Source: a virus
Strand: one strand, 5' to 3'
DNA: 64,000 nt
IMG/VR virus record: IMGVR_UViG_3300025437_000010
Location: 1-64,000 of that record
Shown: piece after piece, positions 46,280-55,699 of the stretch
Layout of the letters: every line of letters begins with the position of its first letter
Position numbering within the stretch: position 1 is the stretch's first letter
The notes under the pieces: model-generated
Told to the model about the DNA's origin: nothing
Database searches by the model: none
What the model saw: the letters and a program-made list of their open reading frames with translations, nothing else
Position numbers and translations under genes: made by a program

Positions 46280-47971
46280 GTGTCATATGTTGATGCCATC
46301 CTTTCAATAAAGGATGATAAAATACATGTGGTAGAGCGAAGCCCTGAAGGCAATCGGATATACAAAGAATATCCAACAAATTATGTTTTTTATTACCCTG
46401 ACCCAAAGGGAAAGCATCGTTCTATTTTTGGTAATCCACTTAGTAGATTTTCAACTCGCAAGAGAAATGAGTTTGAAAAGGAAAAGCGGATTCATGGTAA
46501 CAAAAAACTATTTGAAAGTGATGTTAATGCGGTATTTAGATGCTTGGCAGACAACTATCTCAATGTAGAACCTCCCAAGTTACATACTTGCTTTTTTGAT
46601 ATTGAGACGGACTTTGATCCTGAAAAGGGTTTCAGTCCGACAGACGATCCATTTAATCCAGTCACGGCGATTTCTTTGTATTTGGATTGGAAAGATCAGT
46701 TAATCACTCTTGCTATTCCACCAAAACACATGACCGATGAAACGGCGCAAGAGTTAGTGCGTGACTTTCCTAACACGTTTCTGTTTCGTTCTGAAATTGA
46801 AATGTTTGAGACATTCTTCCAACTGATTGAAGATGCCGATATTCTCACTGGGTGGAACTCAGAGGGATACGATATTCCTTATTGTGTAAATCGGGTAACC
46901 CGAATTATGTCTAAGGATGATACACGTAAGTTCTGCCTTCTTGGTCAACTTCCGAAGATTCGCACATATGAACGATTTGGTAAAGAAGAAACTACCTACG
47001 ATTTAGTCGGGCGAGTTCATATGGACTATTTGCAGTTATATAAAAAGTATAACTACGAATCGCGCCATAGTTATTCTCTTGATGCAATTGGTGAAATGGA
47101 AGTAGGTGAACGTAAGACTCAATATGAGGGTTCACTTGACCAGTTATACAATCAAGATTTCAAAACCTTTATTGAATATAACCGACAGGATACTATGCTT
47201 ATGGTGAAGATTCATCGTAAGACTAAGTTTCTTGAATTAGCAAACGCACTGGCACATGAAAACACAGTGTTGTTACCAACGGCTATGGGTTCGGTGGCGA
47301 TGATCGAAATGGCGGTCATCAATGACGCACATTCTCGTGGATTTGTCGTTCCCGATAAGAATAGGAAAGATGGACCAAGCGATGACCAACAGGCGGCTGG
47401 TGCATATGTTGCCACACCACAGGTTGGAATGCACGAATGGGTGGGAGCAGTGGATATTAACTCACTGTATCCTTCTGACATTCGTGCATTGAACATGTCA
47501 CCAGAAACCATCGTTGCTCAGGTTCGTCAGACTCTTACCGAACAGTATATGGCTGACAAAACCAAAAAAATCAAGCAAAGCAAAAAACAGAGCAAAAGAA
47601 AGGATAGCACTACTGACAAAGAAATAACTGCTGCTTTGTTATGGGAAAATCTTTTTGGATCGCTTGAATATACTGCGATCATGAATCAGGAACGTGGCAC
47701 TATATTGATCGTTGACTATGAAGACGGAAGATCAGTAGAAATGTCTGCTGCTGAAATCTGGAAGATGATATTTGACAGCAATAATCCATATATTCTCTCT
47801 GCGAATGGCACGATCTTTACCTATGAAAGGGAAGGAGTCATCCCCGGTTTGCTATCAAGATGGTATTCAGAACGTAAGGCTACACAAAAGCAAGCCAAGA
47901 CGGTCAGAACTTTAAACTCTGGTATTGAAATCAATTCAAAATTAGCCGAAAAACTTAAAAAAATACTTTAA
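46280..47971 (+). CDS. polB: Family B DNA polymerase, N-terminal part (exonuclease, motif A, first finger helix)
   Basis: FFDIETD, GWNSEGYDIPY, YSLDAI, YNRQDT, DINSLYPS and WYSERK, then a stop. Confidence 0.92.
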   Translation: MSYVDAILSIKDDKIHVVERSPEGNRIYKEYPTNYVFYYPDPKGKHRSIFGNPLSRFSTRKRNEFEKEKRIHGNKKLFESDVNAVFRCLADNYLNVEPPKLHTCFFDIETDFDPEKGFSPTDDPFNPVTAISLYLDWKDQLITLAIPPKHMTDETAQELVRDFPNTFLFRSEIEMFETFFQLIEDADILTGWNSEGYDIPYCVNRVTRIMSKDDTRKFCLLGQLPKIRTYERFGKEETTYDLVGRVHMDYLQLYKKYNYESRHSYSLDAIGEMEVGERKTQYEGSLDQLYNQDFKTFIEYNRQDTMLMVKIHRKTKFLELANALAHENTVLLPTAMGSVAMIEMAVINDAHSRGFVVPDKNRKDGPSDDQQAAGAYVATPQVGMHEWVGAVDINSLYPSDIRALNMSPETIVAQVRQTLTEQYMADKTKKIKQSKKQSKRKDSTTDKEITAALLWENLFGSLEYTAIMNQERGTILIVDYEDGRSVEMSAAEIWKMIFDSNNPYILSANGTIFTYEREGVIPGLLSRWYSERKATQKQAKTVRTLNSGIEINSKLAEKLKKIL

Positions 47972-47974
47972 GTG

Positions 47975-48000
47975 ATAAATACCCTATACGGAGGTATTAT
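47975..48000 (+). promoter_or_regulatory. Late promoter and RBS-sequestering hairpin of the HNH gene
   Basis: ATAAATA at 47975-81; AATACC (47978-83) pairs with GGTATT (47993-98), overlapping the GGAGG RBS. Confidence 0.65.
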
Positions 48001-49177
48001 GAACTTAATTGATATAGAAACCATTATGAGAGACATGTGCAGTATAAAACATGAACACTCATTTAAACGATACCTAAAATTGATTGAAATTTACAGAAAA
48101 TTAAATTTATCCAAGAAAAGTTTTGGAAAAGGTGAGATTGAAGCGCATCACATTCTTCCAAGTAAAATATGGCAAGAATATAAAAAAGAAAAATGGAATA
48201 TAGTGAACCTACCCGTCCGTGCTCATGTTATCGCGCATTATCTACTTTATAAATTTTTACCAAAATCGGAGTGTGTGTTTGCGTTTAATCAGATGCACAG
48301 AGTTTCCGTAAAAACAGGAAAGTTAAACGCCAGATTATATGCCAAAGCGAGAATTGAATTGGCGCAGTTGGTAAGCAAAGTCAATTCCGGCAGAAAATGG
48401 TCAGATGAACAGCACAAATTGCATAGAAAAATTCATTGTGGTAAAAACACATATCGCAATATCACATCTGGAGAGTGTAAAAAGTTTATAGTAGGAGATG
48501 AACCGGCAGGATGGGAGCCGTTCCAGACTGGTCGGACAAAGAGTATTGCAGCAAAAGAAAAAATGGGAGAGTCAATGTCTGGAAGAATATGGCAATATCA
48601 TTCGGAATCTAAAGAGGTTAAATTTGCAAACTTTTTAATAGATGGGTTTACGAAGGGAATACCGCCATGGTTTGTCTATGATCATGCAGAAATTACGAAA
48701 ACCTACAAATGGGCATATAATCCGGATACAAACGAAGTTATTCGGTGCGCAGAAATTGATATTCCCGTTGGGTTTGAATTGGGGCGGGACCCGTCTTATG
48801 TTAACAAAGGATTTGAAAAAATAAATCAGTCCGGTTTATGTAGGATGCTGGACATTGAAGACAAATGTTATACGCTAGTATCAGAAGATATTTTACCTAA
48901 CCCACGATATGTTAAACATGGTGCTTGTGTTGACGATATTTATGTGATATTATACAAAGACAGTATTTATTATTCTTGGGTTGATGTAGAACGAGAACAC
49001 CCAGAATTGCCGAAAATGAACAAAAAGAGAGATATCTCTCTACTTGACTACGTTGTGCCTAAAAAGCATTTTAACCAAACACCAGATAGGCAACGTTTTT
49101 GTGAAATGCATCATGGTAAAACATTTGGAGAAATTGGAATATCTATGCGAAAACTAAAGGAAAATGACAATGATTGA
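47999..49177 (+). mobile_element. Free-standing MobE-like HNH homing endonuclease gene inserted in polB
   Basis: EAHHILP...NIVNLPVRAHVIAHYLL HNH motif; NUMOD-like segments; GGAGG RBS before ATG 47999. Confidence 0.8.
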
Positions 49178-49362
49178 TACAGAATATATCAACACCCTAA
49201 TAAAGACAGAAGACGTTGATGGTCTTGCCGCGTATATGAAAAAATATAAATTGCGATTATCCGCAGACAACAAAATTATTGGTGATGCGGATGTTGTTGC
49301 TGAATCTTATGCTTACTGGGATAAAAGACAACTCGTGCGAAAAATTCTCCTAAACTCTGCGT
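49164..49362 (+). CDS. polB: Family B DNA polymerase C-terminal part, exon 1 (start 49164 or 49170)
   Basis: WDKRQLVRKILLNSA is the first half of motif B; AAGG RBS. Confidence 0.85.
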
Positions 49363-49642
49363 TAATTCCTAGCGCCCTTGTGTAGTGATACACACTGAAT
49401 AACCCGTCTAATTGCTGGAAACTCTCATTGCGTAATGGCAGAGACAATCAGCAGCCAAGTAGAAATAGATTATTTCTAAAGGTTCAACGACTAGCCCATA
49501 GTGGCGTAAGCAATAAGCCAATGATTGCTGAAACGGCGGGGGTCTATACTTAATAGATCGTGATATAGTCTGTTCTAATATGAAAATATTAGCAGCATTT
49601 TAAATGCGGATGTGAAATTGCTAATCACATTGAACACTAAAG
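49363..49642 (+). ncRNA. Group I self-splicing intron (ORF-less, IA2-like), 280 nt
   Basis: P1 with a U.G pair at the splice site; AAUUGCUGGAA, AAUCAGCAGC, GUUCAACGACUA and GAUAUAGUC core elements; terminal G. Removal restores NSA-Y-GA in frame. Confidence 0.92.
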
Positions 49643-50700
49643 ATGGTGCACTTCTAAACGAACACTGCCGATTCTATGATAAACGAATCGGTCAGTCAGT
49701 AACTCTTTCTGGTCGTCAAATTGTTCGCCACATGATGAGCAAGATCAATGAGATTATTGAAGGGACTTATTCTCACGAAGGAAGTTCAATCGTATATGGA
49801 GATACTGACTCCTGCTATTTCTCTGCATATCCAATTCTTAAGAGTCAAATTGATTCTGGTGAAGTTGAATGGGACAAAGACACCTGCGTTGCATTGTATG
49901 ATAACATAGCAGAACAGACCAATGAAAGTTTTCCTGCATTCATGGAGAAAGCATTTCATTGTCCACGCAAGAATGGTGCAGTCATTAAGGCTGGTCGCGA
50001 ATTGATTGGTGATCGTGCTATCTTTATTGCCAAGAAGATTTATGCCATCAATATTTTTGATCTTGAAGGCGATAGACTTGATCTGATTATTGACGAGAAT
50101 GATGCTATCAAAAAAGGCGTAAATATCGGTTACGGTAAGGTAAAGGCTATGGGTGTCGCATTGAAGCGGTCGGATACGCCAAAATACATTCAAGAGTTTT
50201 TAATGGATGTATTGTGTATGGTAATTCAACAAGGCAAACAGCGCGAGGAAGTTATTCAAAAAATAAAAACGTTTAAAACCTATCTTTCTGGTCAAGATAG
50301 TTGGACCAAAGGTAATCCCAAGTCTGTAAATAAACTAACGTATCATACTGCAAAATTTGAAAAAACTGGACAGTGTGGAGTTGGTCATGCCAAGGCAGCA
50401 ATCAATTACAATTATCTGCGTAGAATGCACGGTGATAACTACAGCCAAAAAATTGTTGATGGCATGAAGGTAATTGTATGTTCACTTAAACCCAATCCTC
50501 TCGGATTTACATCTATTGCATACCCAACCGATGAATTAAGATTGCCTCAATGGTTTTTGGATTTGCCATTTGATGACAAGGACATGGAACGCAAATTGAT
50601 AGATGAAAAAATTGAGAACTTGCTCGGCGTCCTAAAATGGGACTTACGAATTGATACTGATACAAACAGCACCTTCGCAGATTTGTTCAATTTTGGTTAA
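49643..50700 (+). CDS. polB: Family B DNA polymerase C-terminal part, exon 2
   Basis: GALLN..CRFYDKRIGQSVTLSGR, YGDTDS (motif C), KKIYA and KAMG...RSDTP. Confidence 0.92.
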
Positions 50701-50708
50701 CAGGCTTG

Positions 50709-50737
50709 TTGACTTATATCACAAATTCATGTAATAT
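50709..50737 (+). promoter_or_regulatory. sigma70-type promoter
   Basis: TTGACT-N17-TAATAT. Confidence 0.55.
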
Positions 50738-50763
50738 AGACATTATATAACAAAGGAAATACA

Positions 50764-51495
50764 ATGAAAGATTATCTTCTTGATATCATTCAACACACCC
50801 ATGGTTTAGGTGGAGTTGATTTAGTTAAGGTTGTCGGAACGGATGCCGATACTCAAGTTACTGCCTCTTCGGAAGACCGAACGGTTATCGTATATGGAAA
50901 CTTTAAGGCTCCATTAGCAGATTTCATCGGCACGTTTGGAATGCCAAATTTGTCTAAGTTAAAGACTATCGTAAGTTTTGATGACTACGATGACGATTCC
51001 ATTATCAATGTTACCCGAGGAACACACTCTGATGCGACTGCACCATCAGCCATTCACTTTGAAACTAAGTCGGGTGACTTCATCAATGACTATCGTTTAA
51101 TGGCTAAGACAATCGTTGAGGATAAAGTTAAGAATGTTACATTCAAAGGAACTACTTGGGATGTGGAATTTGAACCTTCAATGAACAGCATTCAGCGATT
51201 GAAGAATCAGGCACAGGCCAACAGTGAAGAACTTTATTTCAAGACCAAGACTGACAACGGCGACTTGAAGATTTATTTTGGGGATGCGTCAACGCACTCC
51301 GGTAATTTCGTGTTCCAATCAAATATTACTGGAAACTTAAGCAAGCCGTGGAATTGGCCAGTCAAGGTTTTCCTTGCAATCATGGGGCTTCCGGGCGACA
51401 AGACAGTCCGCATCGCGGATGCAGGTGTCACTGAAATTACAGTTGACAGTGGTCTTGCCATATGGCGTTATCTACTCCCAGCACAGGCTAAGTAA
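50764..51495 (+). CDS. Putative sliding clamp (gp45/PCNA-like)
   Basis: 243 aa with an alternating beta/alpha pattern; directly follows polB; a clamp loader is present in the window. Confidence 0.55.
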   Translation: MKDYLLDIIQHTHGLGGVDLVKVVGTDADTQVTASSEDRTVIVYGNFKAPLADFIGTFGMPNLSKLKTIVSFDDYDDDSIINVTRGTHSDATAPSAIHFETKSGDFINDYRLMAKTIVEDKVKNVTFKGTTWDVEFEPSMNSIQRLKNQAQANSEELYFKTKTDNGDLKIYFGDASTHSGNFVFQSNITGNLSKPWNWPVKVFLAIMGLPGDKTVRIADAGVTEITVDSGLAIWRYLLPAQAK

Positions 51496-51496
51496 T

Positions 51497-51874
51497 ATGA
51501 TCAATGGAATTAGTTCAAGCAGTAAACATATAGTGACATATGGCACGACTTCAAACAAGCCATATATAAATTCTTCGTATAACACATTGCTGGGCATTGG
51601 TAATCTTCGCTATAATCCATCTACAGTCATGTTTGAAGTATACGATGGAAATTCATGGCTTCCTTTTCCCGAGTCAATCACCAGTATTGGTATTACTACA
51701 CAGGCGGAATCAGCACTTGATTGGGTAATACAAAAAATGAATGAAGAGAAGCAGATTGAAGAACTCGCAAAAACAAGCCCTGTCATTCAAGATTTGATTA
51801 ATCAAATCAATGAAAAGAAAGAGCAGATCAAGGTAGTTCAAACTCTGCTCAAGGAAGAGTCTAAAATTGCATGA
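51497..51874 (+). CDS. Hypothetical protein
   Basis: ATG at 51497; G.LRYN...EVYDG.SW then a coiled coil. Confidence 0.6.
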   Translation: MINGISSSSKHIVTYGTTSNKPYINSSYNTLLGIGNLRYNPSTVMFEVYDGNSWLPFPESITSIGITTQAESALDWVIQKMNEEKQIEELAKTSPVIQDLINQINEKKEQIKVVQTLLKEESKIA

Positions 51875-52211
51875 CATGCAGCGGCAGATGATTCTGTCTG
51901 ACAATAGAAATATGATTAAAGATAGGGCGGCGCGTATTTTATGGGTTTCTCTATCTTTACCACTCCATAAAATTAATGCTGGCATTCGGGTGCATGGCAG
52001 CGATAATGAATTTAATTTTGAAGAGTTCAAGAGTTTTGTAAAAAACTTTATTAATAGTGAAGCTCTTGAATTTACCCAAAAATCTTGCATTTTGATTAGT
52101 GATGAGGTATATGAGTATATAGCAACTCGCTATCCTAATCGCATGATTGAAATTACCGTTTCAACTAATGACGACAATGACGGTTCAACCATTTACTATC
52201 ACACCCTTTAG
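51867..52211 (+). CDS. Degenerate QueD/PTPS-like (T-fold) protein
   Basis: Retains EFEEFK-like, KSC..ISD..Y..I..RYP.R...I.VS segments of phage QueD-like proteins but has no HxH metal motif. Confidence 0.45.
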   Translation: MHDMQRQMILSDNRNMIKDRAARILWVSLSLPLHKINAGIRVHGSDNEFNFEEFKSFVKNFINSEALEFTQKSCILISDEVYEYIATRYPNRMIEITVSTNDDNDGSTIYYHTL

Positions 52212-52227
52212 ACACAAGGAATATAAA

Positions 52228-52464
52228 ATGACTAAGAATATCAAATCCAATCCCAAGGTTCAACAGATTTTTGACGATCTGGAAAAGTATCGTGAATTTT
52301 GCAGTAGCCATGGTTATATTTTTGATGAGGCAGAACTCTACAATAGCAAGAGTTTTTCGTATCGCCAGTTCCAAAGACATGTCACAGGCAAGCCCGCCAA
52401 GGATCAGTGGGAAGCCGACTACATTAGATTCAAAGAACAAGATTCTACAAATCTGTATATGTGA
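52228..52464 (+). CDS. Hypothetical protein
   Basis: AAGGA RBS and ATG at 52228; [12 protein letters not shown]...GY.FDEA.LY. Confidence 0.65.
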   Translation: MTKNIKSNPKVQQIFDDLEKYREFCSSHGYIFDEAELYNSKSFSYRQFQRHVTGKPAKDQWEADYIRFKEQDSTNLYM

Positions 52465-52469
52465 TAATC

Positions 52470-53492
52470 ATGAGAATTGAAAACGAAATTTTGCTTGACT
52501 TCAATGACGTATTGATTCGTCCAAAACGGTCTACTCTTAATAGCCGTAAGGATGTCAACTTAGGGCGTTCATACACGTTTAAGCATAGCAAATATATTTG
52601 GTATGGCATTCCGATTATGGCTGCAAATATGGATTTTGTTGGCACTACTGAAATGGCAAAAGTATTGTCAACATTCAGTATGTTCACTTGCTTGACAAAA
52701 GATACTGCTCCACTTGGTATCTCAGATTTGAAGGGTGTCAGTACTAATTCCTACGCCATCAGTGCAGGAACAAGTGATATTGATTTCATGAGAATCAAAG
52801 AAACACTGAATGTTTTTCCAGATATCCAATTTATTTGTATTGATGTTGCTAATGGATATAGTGAGCATTTTGGTAATTTTGTTGCAAAAGTTCGCGAACT
52901 GTATCCAGATAAAACTATCATTGCCGGAAATGTCGTTACAGCAGATATGACACAGGAGTTAATTTTACGTGGTGCTGATATTATTAAGGTGGGCATTGGA
53001 CCTGGGTCTGTTTGTACTACTCGTATACAGACCGGTGTTGGTTATCCTCAACTCTCGGCCATCATTGAATGTGCTGATGCTGCTCATGGGCTGGGTGCTC
53101 ATATCATTGCTGACGGTGGTTGCACTTGTCCTGGCGACGTAGCTAAGGCATTTGGTGCAGGTGCTGACTTTGTAATGCTTGGTGGAATGTTTGCTGGACA
53201 TAAAGAAGGTGGCGGAGAAGTTGATGCAATTAACAATACCGTTACTTTTTATGGAATGAGCAGTGACACTGCCATGAAAAAACATCATGGTGGCGTTGCT
53301 GATTATCGGTCAAGTGAGGGGAGGACCGTAGAGATTCCATACAAAGGCAATGTAGCATTTACTATCCAAGACCTCCTTGGCGGGCTGCGTAGCACTTGCA
53401 CATATGTTGGTGCCTCTGAATTGAAACATTTGAGCAAATGCACAACATTTGTTCGGGTAAATAACCAATTCAATCGCGTATTCAGTAAGTAA
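52470..53492 (+). CDS. guaC: GMP reductase
   Basis: [47 protein letters not shown] and YRSSEG. Confidence 0.93.
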   Translation: MRIENEILLDFNDVLIRPKRSTLNSRKDVNLGRSYTFKHSKYIWYGIPIMAANMDFVGTTEMAKVLSTFSMFTCLTKDTAPLGISDLKGVSTNSYAISAGTSDIDFMRIKETLNVFPDIQFICIDVANGYSEHFGNFVAKVRELYPDKTIIAGNVVTADMTQELILRGADIIKVGIGPGSVCTTRIQTGVGYPQLSAIIECADAAHGLGAHIIADGGCTCPGDVAKAFGAGADFVMLGGMFAGHKEGGGEVDAINNTVTFYGMSSDTAMKKHHGGVADYRSSEGRTVEIPYKGNVAFTIQDLLGGLRSTCTYVGASELKHLSKCTTFVRVNNQFNRVFSK

Positions 53493-53498
53493 TCAATT

Positions 53499-53852
53499 AT
53501 GACTCAGAACGAAAATATTTCCAACACTGATTATGAATTGTATACGCATTTTAATCATGGTGGTAATCAAGAGGGCATCATTCATATGGGTGGCATTGGT
53601 TACCATCATGATTTACAGGAGCGATGGCAAAAGACGATTAACTATAAATTTAATATTTTTCACATAAACGGCCCGACAATTGATTCTGATGGGCACTGTT
53701 TGTATGTGCATACGCCATACAACTATCCAAAAAGTGCCAGAGATTTATATCCTAATGCTGTTAGAATAGAGAGTTATAACGGCAACTCTGGTATTTTATA
53801 TCGCGTGTTTGAATCAGACGAAGATTTGCTTTGGAACATATTAAAAAACTAA
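53499..53852 (+). CDS. Hypothetical protein
   Basis: 117-aa ORF in the operon. Confidence 0.5.
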   Translation: MTQNENISNTDYELYTHFNHGGNQEGIIHMGGIGYHHDLQERWQKTINYKFNIFHINGPTIDSDGHCLYVHTPYNYPKSARDLYPNAVRIESYNGNSGILYRVFESDEDLLWNILKN

Positions 53853-53882
53853 AATGACATGGTTTTTGATGAGGTGGGCATA

Positions 53883-54155
53883 ATGAATATACCCGATTTT
53901 ATTAATGGTAGTTTTGAAGCGTTTGGTGCGGTGGCAGCAACTATCAACATATTCACTCTTCGCAATCATAAAACTGTAAGGGGCACTTTCTGGCCCTCTA
54001 GTTTTTTTTGGGCTATTTGGGGATTTTGGAACGTGTATTTCTATTGGCATCTGCATCAATGGTTTTCATTGTTTGCGGGTGCCACTCTTGCTGTGATGAC
54101 AAGCATTTGGTTGGTGATGGCTATCTACTATGTGAGAAAAGACAATGACACTTGA
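53883..54155 (+). CDS. Small 3-TM membrane protein (PQ-loop/SemiSWEET-like)
   Basis: Three hydrophobic helices with K.V.G after TM1 and W..Y in TM2; GAGGTG RBS before ATG 53883. Confidence 0.5.
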   Translation: MNIPDFINGSFEAFGAVAATINIFTLRNHKTVRGTFWPSSFFWAIWGFWNVYFYWHLHQWFSLFAGATLAVMTSIWLVMAIYYVRKDNDT

Positions 54156-54354
54156 CCTTCATGGCGTAAGGCACCAAGATGTTGATATGTTAGTGGAAAA
54201 CTTTGTTTTGATGAACCAGAACAGTTTTCCATTGACAATTGTTTGCGGAAATAGTATAAGAATGATTAATATTGCCGAAAATGTGCTAAAGCGCATCGGC
54301 TGTGAAACTACCTCTTTAAGATATGGGGTATTAACAATAAGAAAGTTTAAATAA
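54145..54354 (+). CDS. Stand-alone Smr-domain protein
   Basis: N-terminal LDLHG and IVCGNS motifs. Confidence 0.65.
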   Translation: MTLDLHGVRHQDVDMLVENFVLMNQNSFPLTIVCGNSIRMINIAENVLKRIGCETTSLRYGVLTIRKFK

Positions 54355-54801
54355 ATGTTTTATCTCGCATACGGAATGAATTCCAATACCAATCAGATGT
54401 CTAATCGTTGTCCAAAGGCAATGAGTTTTGGTAGATACGATTTGAAAGATCATCGCATTGTGTTTCGCGGAGTTGCCGATATTGAAGTCAGTGAAGGAAG
54501 TGTCGCACAATGCGTTTTGTGGGATATCACTCCGGAATGCGAGGTAGAACTGGATATTCTTGAGGGATATCCATTCTTTTATGATAAGAAATATATTACC
54601 GTTTCTGTTAATGGCAGAGAATATGAGGCCATGTTTTACCAGATGACAGAAGGTCATGTAAATTACTATCCTCCAAATACATATTATCAGCAGATGCTGG
54701 AAGAAGGTTATTCCGAACATGGTTTGGAATTGGATCAGATATATACAGCAGAAGGGTTTACTTACGATGACTTGTGGATGGAAGAATATGCGAATGGATA
54801 A
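54355..54801 (+). CDS. Gamma-glutamylcyclotransferase family protein
   Basis: YLAYGMN...M..RCP.A, VLW, LDILEGYP and Y...L.EGY..HGL. Confidence 0.85.
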   Translation: MFYLAYGMNSNTNQMSNRCPKAMSFGRYDLKDHRIVFRGVADIEVSEGSVAQCVLWDITPECEVELDILEGYPFFYDKKYITVSVNGREYEAMFYQMTEGHVNYYPPNTYYQQMLEEGYSEHGLELDQIYTAEGFTYDDLWMEEYANG

Positions 54802-54949
54802 GAAAATCAACAAAAAGGCACTATATCCGATGGTTATTGGCATGAGTATTCTTTTGCCATTAGGTTCACTGATTCCTTTGTCAATAATGGCATGGAATTA
54901 TTATCGGTCAAGAAAAGCCGATGATGTGGATTATTCTTCTGATGTTTGA
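54794..54949 (+). CDS. Small membrane protein
   Basis: ATG at 54794; one hydrophobic segment. Confidence 0.45.
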   Translation: MDKKINKKALYPMVIGMSILLPLGSLIPLSIMAWNYYRSRKADDVDYSSDV

Positions 54950-55157
54950 TTTACCAACGCAAGTTGAGCTTAACTTTATTAGGCGCGCGCAAGTCGTTAT
55001 GTTTTTTTGTTTCTGGCCGCGCCGATCTAGTATCTCAAATAAATGGATATGGTTGACGAGGGGATATCGCGCTAGATCATGGTATAACCATGAGCAGTGT
55101 CCTTGTGATCATTGGTATAGTGAACAGGAATATATTATACTAAAATTAAAAGGATGA
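54942..55157 (+). CDS. Hypothetical protein
   Basis: F...PRRS.IS.KWIWL...Y motif. Confidence 0.5.
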   Translation: MFDLPTQVELNFIRRAQVVMFFCFWPRRSSISNKWIWLTRGYRARSWYNHEQCPCDHWYSEQEYIILKLKG

Positions 55158-55696
55158 ATTGTGAATAATCAAGAAATAAAAAATTAAAGGGACGAAAATG
55201 TCCGAGAACGGCTGAACACCAGACTAAGATTATTGATTCCAAAAGAAAAAACGGAACACTAAATCACACGCAATCCGCTAAAGATAATATCAGAAAAGGC
55301 GTTAACAAAGTTTACCAATCGGACAATCCTCCTTGTACTATTTCATCTGGATCACCTAAGGGATATATTACGGGTAATATTAATGGAATTTTTTATCGTT
55401 CAAGTTACGAATTGAAATTCTTGGAATATTGCCATGCTAATAATATTCCTGTAGAAACAGCAAGTACCAAAGAATTTAGAGTACGTTATATAGCGGATGA
55501 CGGGAAGCAACATTATTATTATCCGGATTTCTATCTACCAGATTATGACTGTATTATTGAAATAAAACCACTTGACAGGATAACTGATTTGGTGCATACT
55601 AAAAATCACGCAGGCGCAATGGAATATAATTTCTTGTTAGTAACTGAAGAAGAACTAAACAATCTGTCTGAATTTTTCAAATATCTTAAGGAGTAA
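55154..55696 (+). pseudogene. TnsA-like PD-(D/E)xK endonuclease with an in-frame stop at codon 5
   Basis: MNCE-TAA(55166)-SRNKK...; the frame then stays open through YRSSYELKF, YYPDFY and IIEIKP. Confidence 0.6.
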
Positions 55697-55699
55697 TCC

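Noticed and set aside
47972-49177. HNH gene lying inside a second intron
   Set aside because: The HNH ORF abuts both polB parts, leaving no room for ribozyme core elements, and the downstream part has its own RBS and start.
47880-49320. Split intein joining the PolB halves
   Set aside because: There is no Cys/Ser-initiated intein N-terminal block after the finger helix and no His-Asn before the resumed polymerase sequence.
49481-49494. tRNA T-loop-like GGTTCAA
   Set aside because: It is part of the intron core next to P7. I found no cloverleaf here or elsewhere by eye; tRNAscan-SE would settle this.
49612-49642. GTG start of the tracked ORF 49612..50700, and the LIPSALV end of 49164..49385
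   Set aside because: Both lie within the group I intron and are removed by the predicted splicing.
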